A stretch of DNA of 64,000 nt from Paecilomyces variotii. Lineage: Eukaryota. The stretch lies in the NCBI GenBank assembly GCA_004022145.1, contig RCNU01000004.1; one strand, given 5' to 3'. The position numbers were made by a program, and so were the translations under genes. The notes under the pieces are model-generated. The model saw nothing but the letters and a program-made list of their open reading frames with translations. It did no database searches and was not told the origin of the DNA. This document shows positions 24,634 to 38,329 of the stretch, piece after piece (position 1 is the first letter of the stretch; each line of letters starts with the position of its first letter).

Positions 24634-27600
24634 ATGGACTATCCAGAAGGCGCCTCGCAACATGATTCTCCACAGGAGATGATGTACCCGGACATTGACG
24701 AGACCATGCAGTATCCGTGGCCGCCTAGCCAGCATGAGCATGGCCTGTCTCAGATTCCGGTAGACCCTGCTATCGATCCGAGACTGTACAGCGACCCTTT
24801 TGCTGGTAACATAGCAGATGGGTTGCAGCAGGACACGTTAAGTGACTACAGGTCGTCCCCTAGGAAACCTCGAAGACAGTCCGAAACCTTCGAGGACGGC
24901 GATTATTCATCTGAAGATCCTACGTACGACGTCTCCGAGGAAGATGAAAGCTCAACGTAAGTGTAGAACCAACTATCTAATAACTGGGATCTCAGCAGCT
25001 GACGTTGGCTAAGCGATGAGGAGATGTCTGAGGCCGACGATGTTGCGGACGAGGACTCTGACGATGAGTACGCAAGACGGCGCCGTCGCAGACGCGGTGG
25101 GCGTTTCTCTGGTCGATTTGGAGCTCGCGGAGGGAAGGGCATCAAAAGAGGGCCACGCAGGCCGCTCGAACCAAGTCCAGAATTCAAACTATTGCATTCA
25201 GAGGCGACATCAGCCTTCATTGATGGAGACTACGATCGAGCCATCCAGCTCGTGAAACAAGCTATCCAGATCAACCCGGAGATGTTTGCTGCCCATTCGC
25301 TTCTTTCTGAGATCCTCCTGGCTCAGGGCGAAAAGGACAAGGCCTTGACGGCTCTGTTCAGCGGAGCCCATACCCGTCCAAAGGACACGGGTGTATGGAT
25401 GAAGGTTGCAAGGCTGATTCTGGACCGTGCTGGTGAAGACCGCCAAGCAGCCTTGAACGATGTGATCTACTGCTACAGTCGCGTTATCGAGATAGACCCG
25501 AAAAACTATAACGCCCGTTTCCAAAGAGCTGCTATCTATCGGGAACTGGGTTACAATGGCAGAGCTGCTACGGAATACGAGAGGATTCTAAAGGAGCTCC
25601 TCCCTCATAACACGAGGGCCTTGCGCCACCTTGCTGAGGTCTACATCGATCTAAATGAGATTCAAAAGGCAGTGGATCATTACGCAGAGAGCGTCCAGTA
25701 CTACATGTCTCTCGATCCAGAAGAGGCCGTAGACTTTTCGTGGTCAGACGTGAACATCTATGTGGAACTATTTACCTTTTTAGGAAGACACGAGGAAGGG
25801 TTACGGACTCTGAAGTCTCTGTCGAGGTGGCTCCTAGGGCGCAAGGGTGATAAATTGTGGGAATGTTTCCAGGACGATGACCGCGAATGGGATGCACATG
25901 ACTTGCCTCGCCGGATAAAGACTGAGGATTATGACCCCGATGTTTACCCTCCAGACTCATACGGACTAGGTCTTCCCTTGGAACTGCGAATAAAGATGGG
26001 GATGTTTCGACTAAGGATGGGGTCGGAACACAAAGACGAAGCGCTGGTAAGCAATGGATAGCATAATTCTAATGGAAGTCTTGAAGAAGTACTGATAAGA
26101 CCTAGCATCACTTTCAGTGGCTAAATCCTGAGGACACATCCCCTGGATCCCGGCTTTACGACTACGGTGACCTCTTTCGTGAGGTCGCTGACGCACTCAA
26201 AGACGTTGGCTTGATCGAAGACGCTCTGCGCTTTTACGAACCACTACAGCAAACCGAAGAATATGCAGATATCGGATTCTTCATGGCAATGGGCGAGTGC
26301 TACATGGCCTGTGACAGGATTGAAGAAGCGGAAAATTGCTTCCTGACCGTCGCTGAACACGATCCGAAACATGTTGCTTCGCGAGTTAATCTCGCCAAAC
26401 TGTATGAGAATATCGGGATGACAGAACAGGCCTTCAAATATGTGAATGAGGCAGTGTTGCTAGGACGGCAGGAGACGCGCAGTATCAGACGGAGAAAAAG
26501 ACGAGATAATAGGTTGGGCCAGTTGGCAAGGGGACTCATGTCCACGCATATCGATGGGGAAACACCAACTTACAGGAGTATTGCTCCGAAGGAGGTTCCC
26601 CAAGAAGCCCCTGCCGCCCTCATGACAGCCCCTACAGCCGCTGCAGCCCGAAAGCGAATGCGGCAGGAGGATCTGGAAGGAGAAGGAACCGAACATATCC
26701 GTTTTCTCTATTCTAAAATGATGGACCTACGGCAGCAGATGAGAGAAGGCAACATGGATGCTACAGAAGATTGGCTGGATATCGCGGATGCATTGCTGTG
26801 GGAATTTCGATCCAATCGAATTTTCTACCCCATGCAGCGAAATGCGGTCTTTATGGGATATACCAGGGAAGGCCAACGAAGCGCAGGCAAGGGCAAAACG
26901 ATGATGGACGAAATGAGAGAGATGGCTGGCCGTCTCCAAGAGTCACTCGGTCAGTACAGCTCTGCTTCGATCTTGCAACTCAACCAACTACGTGGGATAT
27001 ATGTTAACGAGCATCGCAGGAAATGTTGCGGAAGAACCTTTGCAAACGGCAATTCCTACTGATTACCATGGAATCTCATTCGACGAATGGCTCGACATAT
27101 TCCTCGAGTACGCGTTGGTTGTCGCGGGGCAAGGCGAATCTGAGGAAGCATACGATACCCTCTCTGCGGCAGCAGATGCCAGTGTCTGGTATCATTCAAA
27201 ACCAAGTAGCCGTCAAATACACGTCTGCTGGTTCAGTCAGTCTATCCCAGTATCATGCTTGCATGAACCGCTATGCTAACCTTACATCATAGCATGTGCC
27301 CTTAGATTGCGGGACGAAGAAACGCTCGTGAATGAAGCTCGTTGGTTTATCAAAGAGTATCAATTCGTTACCGATACTTATCGCCTATTTTCAATGCTCG
27401 GGCGAGTTTGTAGCGACCCTCATAAATCCCTCTTCCATTCTTCCCCCAGCATGAAATTCATGCTGCGGCAGGTCAAAGCCTTGGACTACAGCCTACCCCA
27501 CGATCCCACAGCGTCAGTGTCTACTCCTCTCAGACGAACTAGACAATCTGTGTTTGGAGATCGCGCTGCCATCTCGCGCGACGAATTGGGCGAGACCGTT

Positions 27601-28218
27601 CTGCCTGAGGAGATGGACGTCGCCTTGCTCGTCCTCTACGGCCACATCCTCTACTCCGGTAACAGTTTCTACCCAGCGCTGAACTACTTCTTCCGCGCAT
27701 ACGCTTTGGATGATGAAAACCCAGCAGTCCTCCTCTCCATCGCTCTCTGCTACATCAACCATTCCATGAAACGCCAGTCCGAAAATCGGCACTACCTGAT
27801 TATGCAGGGGCTATCATTCATGCAAGAGTACCGCCGCGTACGGGAGAAAGAAGGCACATTGATCCAAGAGCGGCAGGAAATGGAATTCAACTTTGCCCGC
27901 GTCTACCACTCTCTAGGCCTAGCACACCTCGCCGTCGAGGGCTACAAGAGAGTCCTCACAATCGGTGAGCAGATTCGATCTATGCAGGCACCGTCAAAAC
28001 CCGAACACCAGCCTGAACCCTCCGAGGACCATGACGTCGCAATGGAGGACGAGGCAGAAACAAACGGAACCACAACCCCGCGTCGCCACGACCAGCCCGA
28101 CCGCAAGAATATCGAGGACTTCTCAAGCGAGGCGGCAATGGCGCTACAAACGATCTACGCGCTCAGTGGCGACCTACTCGCCGCCAAGGAAGTCACTGAG
28201 AAATGGCTTGTCATATGA
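24634..28218 (+). CDS. TFC4: RNA polymerase III transcription factor TFIIIC TPR subunit (tau131/Tfc4/Sfc4); exons 24634-24956, 25014-26046, 26106-26949, 27020-27235, 27293-28218
   Basis: Acidic N-terminus, basic RGGRF segment, TPR arrays, and C-terminal ALNYFFRAY...RQSENRHYLIMQGLSF...QEMEFNFARVYHSLGLAHLA...EKWLVI. Four introns join the ORFs in frame (intron 1 uses an AAG acceptor). Confidence 0.9.
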
Positions 28219-29266
28219 TCTGGGCAGCGAAAATGGGAACTAAACGGAATAAGCCGCTCGAAATATGTACATATCTCTAGTCCTTTTCCAGACCTAACGC
28301 TACGGCATGACTTCTTTCTTTCTTGTGATAAAAGTACTACATTGTATATAAGGACATGGATGACCAATGACAGACGACTAACTATGAGGCAATTAGTTAT
28401 AGTTACTTATGGGCGATGCAATGATCTTCGCGGGAAGAATGAAACGACGCTATAAAAATCTATTGATCAGTTTCCCCAGGCTATTCTACTTGTACCACTA
28501 CTAACCCAATCAGTTCTAACTGTTAACCTGGCCCTTTCATCTTCTGTTAGTATACTCGACCTTTCTACTAACTACTATATCCCATAGCCGACACCTACCT
28601 AGGTAGGTAGGTAGGTAGTCAACTGGACTAGTTAGTTACCTAGGTAGGTAGTTAACTTTAGTTAACTTACTTCCCGAGGGATAATTACCTAAGAATAAGC
28701 GATTTCTGGAACCACCAACGTCATTTTATAAACCGTTATATACAGTAAGTAGTTACATAATTAGAAGTTTGAATGTGGGGAAGTTTCACGTTGGAAGATC
28801 CTTCGTGACTCGTCCCATATCATATATTAATTACTTACTCCCGATAAGTATATGAGAAATCTAACTCACCGAGGTAATAATATATCCCTTGGTAGATGAT
28901 GGGGTTGTTCCCTGGTTAACTAGATAAGTATTACTTGCCTCCTAGGGTAATGGGGTCTGTTCCCTTCTTTTCTTTTTGGGAACCTGGAACCTTAGGTAGG
29001 TACTGATACTAATGAATAACTGTACCTGTGGGTACTATCGAGTAATATGATATATTTAACTTTCGTATATGTCTATTTACAGGAAGGATATGCATGTGCT
29101 TCTATATATACAGGCAGGACTGATGGATGATTTGTAGCCGCGGTGATCACGTGAATCTGGTGTCAGGATGCGGGGAAAGGCCCCCACGTTCTGTCGGCTC
29201 TATGAGTCTTAACAGGTCAATATGGGATGAAAGGCTAACGTGGGGAGTATTTTTCAGTTGTCCGTT

Positions 29267-31474
29267 TCACTCGCTCGCGGTGTCATCTCCCCCATAGATA
29301 TCAGGATCGTCGAAGAAGACCGCTGATTGTCGCCTCATCTCCTCGATAACGCTGCCGCTGCTTCGTCGATGACGGAACTCTTGCTCGTGTGACGAGTCTG
29401 CTGACGAGTAATCGGGAACTTCGAGATAATGTGAGCCGCCGTCTTCATGGGGTTGGCCCCGCTCTGGCAAGGCGTGGTCAATACGTTCAACCATTGGATC
29501 CGACTCTCCCTGCTTGTTGCTTTCGAGACGCCGCGATAGCAGAGGCGAAAGATCACGGCCGCCAGTATGAGATGTCCGCAACAATCCATTCATGATCAAC
29601 CTTTCGATCTTCACTCTGTTCTTGATAAACTGTATCTTGGGGAATGTGCTTTGCTGGCCGACGTGGATCATCCGAGCCAGGCGTTGCGTACTGGGATCGG
29701 AAAGGATGTTAATGAAATCAGACGCGATAACTTTGGGCCAGATAGTGACAGTGCCGCTGAATCTCTGGAGCCAAATTTCGCTCCAATCCTGACCCATAGG
29801 CCGCGGAAGCAACTCAAGATGACGTAGTACCTTGAGCCATTTGTTTAGATCAAGCTTGATATACTGTTCCGCTGCAGATCCTAGGAATCCGCCACGCCAG
29901 CCTCGTCCTTTTCGATGTGTGACTGGCCGACCAACGGTTCCCCGAGAACTGAAGAAAAATAGATTGATATGGGGGTTGACCTAAGTCGTCAGCGGAAACG
30001 CATTGCAAGATGGACGGGGTAGCAATAGACATACCTGAGAAACAATGGTGAAGTTGACGTTGAAATGCAAGTTCAATGCTTTGACCGGTATGTCGGTCCG
30101 GAGGCTTCCGTCCTTCCACTTATGGCCAAAGGAATAGGGCGCGAGACTACCATCGCGTTTCTTCATCATCAAAACCACCGGGTTCAGAATACCGGGCACA
30201 GCTGCGGAAGCGATGACCGCACTCCAGATCACACAGTCCGGCGACGTGATATGGTTCGCAAGGATCGTCGGCGAGTGAGGATCTGAAGGCACGCAGGAGA
30301 CGTTCAGGATCCTGCCGGTGCGCTCGTACGCTTCCCGAAACGTCGTCGAACCTCTGCAGAACCAGCTGCATTGCCTGGCCCAATCCAAAGTGTCGAATCG
30401 GGCCCCCGTGCGCCACCAACGTCTGATCCAAGTGGTAAACCCATCATGACAAGCCCTAATTCTATGTGCCAAAGCAGGAACCAAGAGCTGTTTCAACTCC
30501 TCATCCGTCCGGGTCGCAACCAAGGCCGCCACTAGAGCACCACCAGACGTTCCTGTGATGATCTCCGGCAAGACATCATTATCCAGCAGCGCCCTCACGA
30601 CACCAAAATGGTAGTATGCAAAGGTGGCACCGCCGGAAAGACATAGCGCGGTGCGGCCGAAGTTCAAATCCAGGTGGCGGAAGTGCCGATACTTCTCTTC
30701 CTGGCTCAACTGCCGGCTGTCGGAGAGCAGCTTGAGGGAAGCTTCAACTTCATCCATATACTCCTGTACCAGATCCTTCGTTCCCGAGTAGGTTTCACTA
30801 TACAACCGGGGATTCTCGACGCCACAAAAGTTGTTTTTCACGCAAGCTTCCAACAGTGCACGCAGCTCCTCGATTGCCGGTACCTCGCTGGCACTGGATA
30901 GTCCGTTTTGTGCCTCTAGCAGCGCTTCTTTTCTGATCCTCTTGAGCTGTGCGACGACCTTGTTGATGGTCAAATGATCGTAGTACGCATATTCATCTTG
31001 CTTCTTCCAGTTCTCGTTGCCCAGATATGCGTCCAGAGCCCTAGCCTCCTTCAACCAGTCCTCATAGTTTGCCGTTGCATGCAGAGCCCTCCTCAACCTC
31101 TCGCGCTTGCCCGTCCATGTCACAAAGTGCTCGTACAGGTGTACATATAGTCGGGTGAGCAGATAGGAGATGCTGAGTACCGCCAGCCAACCGAACACGA
31201 TGACGAGGAACGGCCACTTCAGGATGCCGTAGACGACACCTTCTCTCGTCTCATCTTTGCTTCGCTTGGGAGTCTTGCGACGACGACCCGGCTTGCGAAC
31301 TCGTTGGCGGATGGGACGCCAGTCGTTGATGGCGACTAGCGACTCGGCCTCGGGGGCGTTCAGCGCCTCTTCGAATTGACGGAGGTGATCCTGCGAGATG
31401 AACTCTGTCTCATAGTCGGGGAGATTATGAGGGTCGTACTCATCATAAGGCGCAGACTTCTCTACGGAGCCCAT
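29267..31474 (-). CDS. Patatin-like phospholipase/triacylglycerol lipase (Tgl-like); exons 31474-30035, 29980-29267
   Basis: Motif LCLSGGATF, nucleophile GTSGG, ASAAVPG and catalytic WKDGS, plus an N-terminal TM segment. One GT-AG intron, 30034-29981. Confidence 0.92.
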
Positions 31475-34400
31475 GGCTATGCTCACCTCATCATGTATGC
31501 AGCTTGTTCAATGATAAGAATAGGTAATAATAATAGTCAGCGTGAAACCGTCGACAGGAGAAGGGAACGATGACGATGACCCTGGTGGGCCTGAGGACGA
31601 CGTCAGGTGCCCACCAGCCACAGTCCGCATGGGTCTTTGAGGTTCTCCGGAGCCTCAGGCCTCAGGCCTCCAGGCGGCTCAGCTGTCAAGCCACCCCACG
31701 GGATCTGTGGCTGGTGGACCGAGCTCAACCAGGTTTAGCTCCCGAGAAACCCCGGAATCATCCGACCACGGAAGTGCCGAACGGGCCAAAACACCCCGCT
31801 GAGCCAGATAAGAAAGGACCCCGTGCCCTCTCAAGACGCTCTGGTTATCACCATGGGACGACGCTACTCTCCTCCATGGGAACTATCTATCAGGAGTACG
31901 GAGTAGTCTACTCTCCGTACAACCACTAGATAATAATAATAGCGAGCACGTTCAAGATCATCAGTGGTCTGTGCTTCTTCTGAGCATGTCATTGTCCCGT
32001 CCTCCCCACGGTGACCGGTCGCACTGGTTGTTGGTGTGTCATTGGAATCATCTGGCATCTGCATGCTTGAGAATCACCTTCCTCTAAAAGTCTTGACAAC
32101 AGCCACGGAAACATCTGGAAGAAAAGAAAGCTGCCATGTCAAGAATCATGACCCTTCAACAAATCTGCATCATCATCATCATCTGTGGCAAAAAGGGACA
32201 ACAAGAAATCTCATCGCGATCGACCGATCTTCAAAGCATCAAACCCCCAGTGTCTCCAAAGCAGGAAAGAAAAAAACAAAAAATGTCCGTGCCATGACGC
32301 AGAAGGGATTGAGATCCAGTATATCCATCCCCGTGGGATAACGGCTTCGTCGGTTCTCAGGGAGACTCAAGGAGACTACTGTCAAACAACGCTGGTCTGT
32401 TCAGTGGTGAAGCGAACCGCGTCGAACCCCGTGCCCTCGCAGAGTCACTAATTACTCTTTTCTCTCTCGTGCAGGAGCCGGTCCCGACGACGGACTCGTA
32501 GATCGTGTCTTTAGCTCACCATATCAGGATCGTATCGCATAATAGTCGGTAAAAAAAAAATCTTTTTGCGTGAGATGCATGCAGCGCCCGGTTCTGCAGC
32601 ACTATGTACTAGTAGAGTACCATATGCCTCCTACGAGCCAACCTGACCAAGCCAAAGGCGAAAAAGTTTCAGATGTCGCCTGCAATACCTATCCAATCGA
32701 GTCGAGGGACTGTCCTTTTTGACTCCTTTCGAGGATAGGACGGTCACTTATGGTCGACAGATCGTGCTGCACTCTATCGTCAAGTGCCGGTCCGAGCTCC
32801 ACGGGGCGAAAAGAAGCGTCAAATCATAGCGCCCCCTAGCCAACACGCATGGATCGTTTTTTGATGATTTTGGTACTAGCGATCGCAGCTACTACTGCTA
32901 GTCACTTGGCGAAAGTCATTGAAGCTATGAACACGACGCGGATCGCTTTTTTCTCTCTGCGCTCCCTGGAGAGGACGGGGCGATCGCTCAGAGATGCGAG
33001 GCCTGGTTATCACTACTACTATCAGGGTACTGGGGGATTCTTTCTTCTTTTTTCTTTTATCTTTTCCCCATAGACCATCTGGTAGAATGTGCTGGTATGT
33101 TGTGTAGAGCTTCAGATGGCGTCATGTCTAGGTAGTGCAACGATCAGGATGCGGCCATGATAGGCACGCGGTAGCCGCCTCTAAAACAAAATAATAATAA
33201 CTACTCGGTACTCCACCGAGGTCCAAAAAGGAAATCGAAAGAGAGCAAGAGTAGTTATACTGCAAACGTAGCTTGGAGAGTACGATGCCGCCCGATTTGT
33301 GCCGATGAGCAAAAAATAGGTGATACGATAAATGTTCCGAGCCACCGTATGTCAGTTATCTCTATAGTCGCGGCTCCACTCACTCCACAGCACTTATCTC
33401 GCAGTAGTCTTAGGATAAATAATAATAATTCACAGGATCGATGGTGCATTATTCTTGCCAACGCTCGCATTGATACTGTTGCCCATGCCGGGCTTTATAA
33501 CATGTTGTCTGATTGGTGTGCAGGTTTCATTGCGAACGTTGATCCCCTTGGTCCCTTTCCACGCTGAGGATAGGCAGTGGAGACTCCCAGTCACAGATCT
33601 CCGAGACCCGCTCGCTGACTGCTCCTCCACTCCAATATGGAGATCAAATCGTGCTTGGATAGAAGTCCTCGTGGCTCAAACGGTCATGTGTGCCATAACG
33701 CGACTATTGTTGTTTATTAAGATTTGAGAATATCTGTGCCAGAGCGGCATCGGTAAAGTGATAGATACCACGGAGTACTACCACGGCAGCACCTCTGCCA
33801 CCTCAACTTTACTATGATGTAGATGCCGAGCTACACCGCTCTCTGCGTGGAAGCGAGCAATCACCGTCCAGAAGGAACAGCGCTTGGAGGGACCCCAAGA
33901 GGTATCCCTCGCAGAATGCAGCGAACGTCGATCAGACTTTCGGAATGGAGGGGTAACATAACGCGCAATGTTCAGAGATAATCAATCGGCTACGTCGCTT
34001 CTCTGCAGTATGCCGTCAAGCTCCTGCGCGTCAGTAGTTTGATGCGGCGAAAAAAAATTATAAAAATTTAGTTAGTAGGGAGGTGTTTGATAAGCCGTAG
34101 GATGCACCCGCCATCGTCGTCTGCATATAGGCTGTTCCTTTATCGTCTTCGCGCGGCTGATCGTTGGTTGATCTCTGTAGTGGCGAAGCACTCAACTTGT
34201 TGACACTTGGCGCACTCATCCATCACCCGCGCGGCGGGGTCTCTTCGTTCGAGGGTGTCCCGACATGACGCCAGCTCGTACCGTAAAAAGCAACAGAGAG
34301 GGCAGGATGACCAGGAATGTGGTGGGATGCGCAGAGCGGTGTGGTGGACGGAGGGCTGCTGGAAGAGCGCAATGAGATCAGCTTGTCCCCAGGATTGCGA

Positions 34401-34983
34401 CCTCATCCATGGGTCACTTGATGATGCTGGACTCCTGGAGAAACGTGAGCCAGCTCCATCCAGCTCCATCGTGGGGAAATGCGAACAGAAGGAATGTCAG
34501 CACGGGCTGGTCATTGTCGCAACAGGAGGCGAATGGGAGCCGCCAGCTGGTCTGAGATGAACACCACAGCACCGCATGAGGCTGTTGCCGCTGTTCACAA
34601 ACTTCCGCAGCGGCATGTAGAGATGGCGGACGAGTCATTGTAATTCGTCCTCCAGCTGTTATTATTTTCTACTCCGTGCTCATACTGGGAATCGCCCAGC
34701 GCGCTATGTGCTGCATCGCACTGGTGCACCATCGGTTCGCAATGTTATAAGCCAAGAGCAGTACCGCGACTACTCGACGCCGGTCGGCTGCCCGTCGTGG
34801 TCCCGGAGCAGTTTTCTATCAGTAGTGTGGCTGCGGTGACAGACGCTGGTGGCCGGTTCAGGAGATTGCGAGGTTGAGCTTCGGGATCAGCTCGTCCAGT
34901 GTCGCGCGACGGACCAATGAGTTGCAGCAACAGGTAGACGCCGGCTGATATCCAACGGACGAAGTAGGGGGTTTGAGGAGGGG

Positions 34984-35031
34984 CATCCAAAGCCATCCAA
35001 AGCCATCCAAAGCATCCAAAGCATCCAAAGC
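34984..35031. repeat. Minisatellite CATCCAAAG(C), 5 copies
   Basis: Read directly. Confidence 0.85.
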
Positions 35032-35825
35032 TGCCGGCGAAAGCTAGACTCGCCAGTAGTTCAACTCGCACGGGACGCCCTCGGGGAGCTAAGCGGCCCC
35101 TCCACCGGTCGCCCTCCAGCAGAACTCACTAGGCGGCCGTACTAAGTAGATCCCAGGAATAATAACAACATCGTTCCTCCGTCCCTGCAGCGGGTTCCCT
35201 ATCGCTGCTGCTGCTGCTTCTATTAGAGTGAAACACTCTGGTCTTCTCCTGCATATCCTCACTGTCTTTCTTGTTGTGCTACTTCCTCCCCTTCGTCTTC
35301 AATCTTCATCTTCAGCTTCGCCCTCCAGGCAGCGACCCCTTTCGCATCACGACGAACTACTTTTCTTGCCCGGTTTCGCAGGCGTCCTCCGGTGATTCGA
35401 CGCCCAAGCCACCGCGAGCCACCCGGTCATCAGGAATATTCTCTTCAGGATCTGTCCAGGCGACACGTACACGGGTTCTTCCTTGTCATTTCTGTCCCCG
35501 TGGACCTCTTCCAAACGACGCATCCGTATAAGTATCGCAGGTAATACTCCCCGCTATCGTTTGACTCGTTCACTGTCAAGACCACCCCTCACGGTGTTTG
35601 GGTGGGGGATCTTCTGGGAAATACAAGGAAAAAAAAAGGGGGAGGAAGAAACAATAGTCAAGTCAGACTGCTAAATATCTCTCCGTTCGTGTTACAGATC
35701 GCGTCGTCGCATTCGATCTTCCTTTCTCGAGGTGTCAGCAAAAATGTCGATACCTGTTATCGCTTGAGCGCCCTTCTTCGGAGTTCTCCTGACCCGCTGG
35801 CTTCGTTGGTGAAACGGACGTCGTG

Positions 35826-38329
35826 ATGGAGAAACTAAACACTGAAGATGGACAGCTCTTCATCAAGGTCCGTCCAGACGATCCTTCCATTCCCTCGCAT
35901 CTTGCGTTGTTCTCTTGTCTGCACGGATAACAGATCTAATCTCCTTTCTACGGCTACAGAATCTCGCCAGCTTCGTACGAACTCATGAGAAGGCTTTGGC
36001 CAATGCACTGCAGCTGAGGCGTCAGTCATCGACCAAAAATGGACAGGCTTCCCGTTCGTTGGCGACATCTCCGTCCACTTCAAGTGGTTCCTTTTCCTCC
36101 TCTACCCTGGCCACGGCATTGTCCATTGGAGCATTGGGCTTTGTCTCCCATAGTATAAAGCCGGCCAAGTTGACCCTCACTCCACACCACCTTTTCTACC
36201 TTCTCTCCCGTTTCGAGGATCTCGGGATCCCCGTGGGCCCTATGAGTGTCAGACTGGAGAACATACATTCTGACACCTCAGCCTCCTATGTCTCCTTCCT
36301 AAACAAGCCCCAACGGTCCAAAGGCGATAGAGACTCGATCCACTCAGTATCAAGTGTCCGTAGTGTCATGTCTGGTATGAGTGCCCTATGGTCGTCATTT
36401 GGACTGGGCTCCAAAGATTCTTCCAAGTCTGAAAAAGCCAAGGCGGCCCTGGAGGCTGACTTGAAGTATCTCTACTCTGCTTTTACTAAGATCCCATGCC
36501 TGCGTCTGGCGCCAGACCACCGGGCCCGCCTCATCCGTGGTTATGAGGAGTTTCCCTTTGACACCGCCGTGCCTCTCCATTCCTTCAAGAACCTAAGCTC
36601 CTTAGAGATTATTGATATAGATTTCCGGTCTTTCTACGGTTGGGATCGGATCTCCGAGCAACTGCGCACTCTGACGGTGAAACGGGCCAACCTGGACGAC
36701 CCAGCAGATCTCCTGACAGGCATCGTCCTCGATGATATCGATAAGCGACGAAGACGTTCCTCCAAGGCCCAACCGTCGCCGGCGCTCGGATGGTCCAGCA
36801 GTGCTAATCCCCAGCCTGTTCATAGATCGGAAACGTCGAAGTCGGCTTCAGCCCCTGGTTCCCCCACCCCCGACACGGGCTTTGGCACGAGCACCAGTCC
36901 CCAAGCAACCCCCATGATCCGAGGCGCATCTGACGGTATAAGGGGCCATACTCGCACCGGTAGCATCTCGCCAACCCGCCCGCAGACTTCGAAGCATGTG
37001 GGATACCGCCATTCTCGTGGGACTTCCTCGAAGATTAGAAGGTCCGGTTCTGGTAGCTCAAACTCGAGCGAGGCATCGACTGGATATCGAAACACTAGTT
37101 CATCGAACTTGTCGGCCGGCTTCCTCCCGCCCTCAAAATGGAGATTCCTCCGTCATCTCAGTCTGGCGGACAACTCCCTCATGTCCATCAGTGCGACTAG
37201 CCTGGCCCCGGTGGCTAACACGCTCCACTCGCTGGATCTTTCTTCCAACCTCTTTACTGAGGTTCCTGACAGTCTGGCTTCTCTAGCCTCTTTGAGAGCA
37301 CTCAATCTTTCCAACTGCATGATCGCCTCCCTTCACTCCCTGTCTAAAACTCCGCTCCCTGCCATTACTGCCCTGAACCTTCGTGGAAACCGCCTTCAAT
37401 CTCTTGCCGGCATTGAAAGACTCTTGTCTCTAGAAAGATTGGACCTCCGTGACAACCAGCTGTCAGACCCCACGGAACTTGCCAGACTGACTGGTCTGCC
37501 TGAAATACGGGAGATTTGGGTGTCTGGCAACCCGTTCACGAAGACGCATTCTGGTTACCGGGTGACCATATTCAACCTCTTCCGCAGAACACCGGGGTAT
37601 TCCGAAGACGTCATCATCGATGCCACGGGCCCTGGCTATACGGAAAGGAAACAACTTGTGGAGCGTGCAGCCGAACCAGAAGGAGCTCCTGTTGTACGAC
37701 CGGCATTCCAAGGCGAACATGTGGCCGTGACCAGGCCCGCTCCGACGGTCGTTCAAACCCTACAGAAACAGGAGACTAAAAGTCGAGCAGAGTCCAATCC
37801 ACTGCAAAGAGTTGGCTCTGGTCGTCGGCGGAAAGGTCAGCGGCGTCGAGTGGATCTTACCGGCGAACAATCTCACCCAGCTAGAGATCTCGGTAGTACA
37901 GACGGTGTTGACCTTGTCACCAGACAAAGTCCAAACATGACTGATCCATTTATTGATATCCCTCGTGATGAGGGTTCACGGAAGACAGTGCCCAATTCCA
38001 GTCATTCGATCCAGGATTCTCTGAAGCGACCTATCCAAACTCCCGATTCGCCCACACGCGACGCAAAAGGCGGTCATCCACTCCTGCCCATTGTCCATGA
38101 TATGGACCTGAACGTGGATGGAGATGCCTACCGACAGAGGTTGGAGGCTCTTAAGCAGGAGATTGGGAGTGGCTGGCTTGCCGTGTTGGGAGACGAATCC
38201 TGGGACCCGAAGGATGTCCGCGTGCCTCGTACTGGCTCCAGTCTCAACAGCTCACCGGTTTTACAGCCCGGTAGCGCTGTGAGAGCAGGAAGCCAGGTGA
38301 TGGTTAGCGGAGGACGTGCTCTAGGCTAA
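35826..38329 (+). CDS. Conserved fungal leucine-rich repeat protein; exons 35826-35867, 35960-38329; probable 5'UTR intron 35541-35697
   Basis: Starts MEKLNTEDGQLFIK|NLASFVRTHEKALANAL. LRR array LRHLSLADNSL, LHSLDLSSNLF, LRALNLSNCMI, ITALNLRGNRL, LERLDLRDNQL and cap IWVSGNPF. Confidence 0.88.

Noticed and set aside
34984..35031. Short direct repeats as a CRISPR-like array
   Set aside because: Adjacent 9-10 bp units without spacers in a eukaryotic genome, i.e. an ordinary minisatellite.
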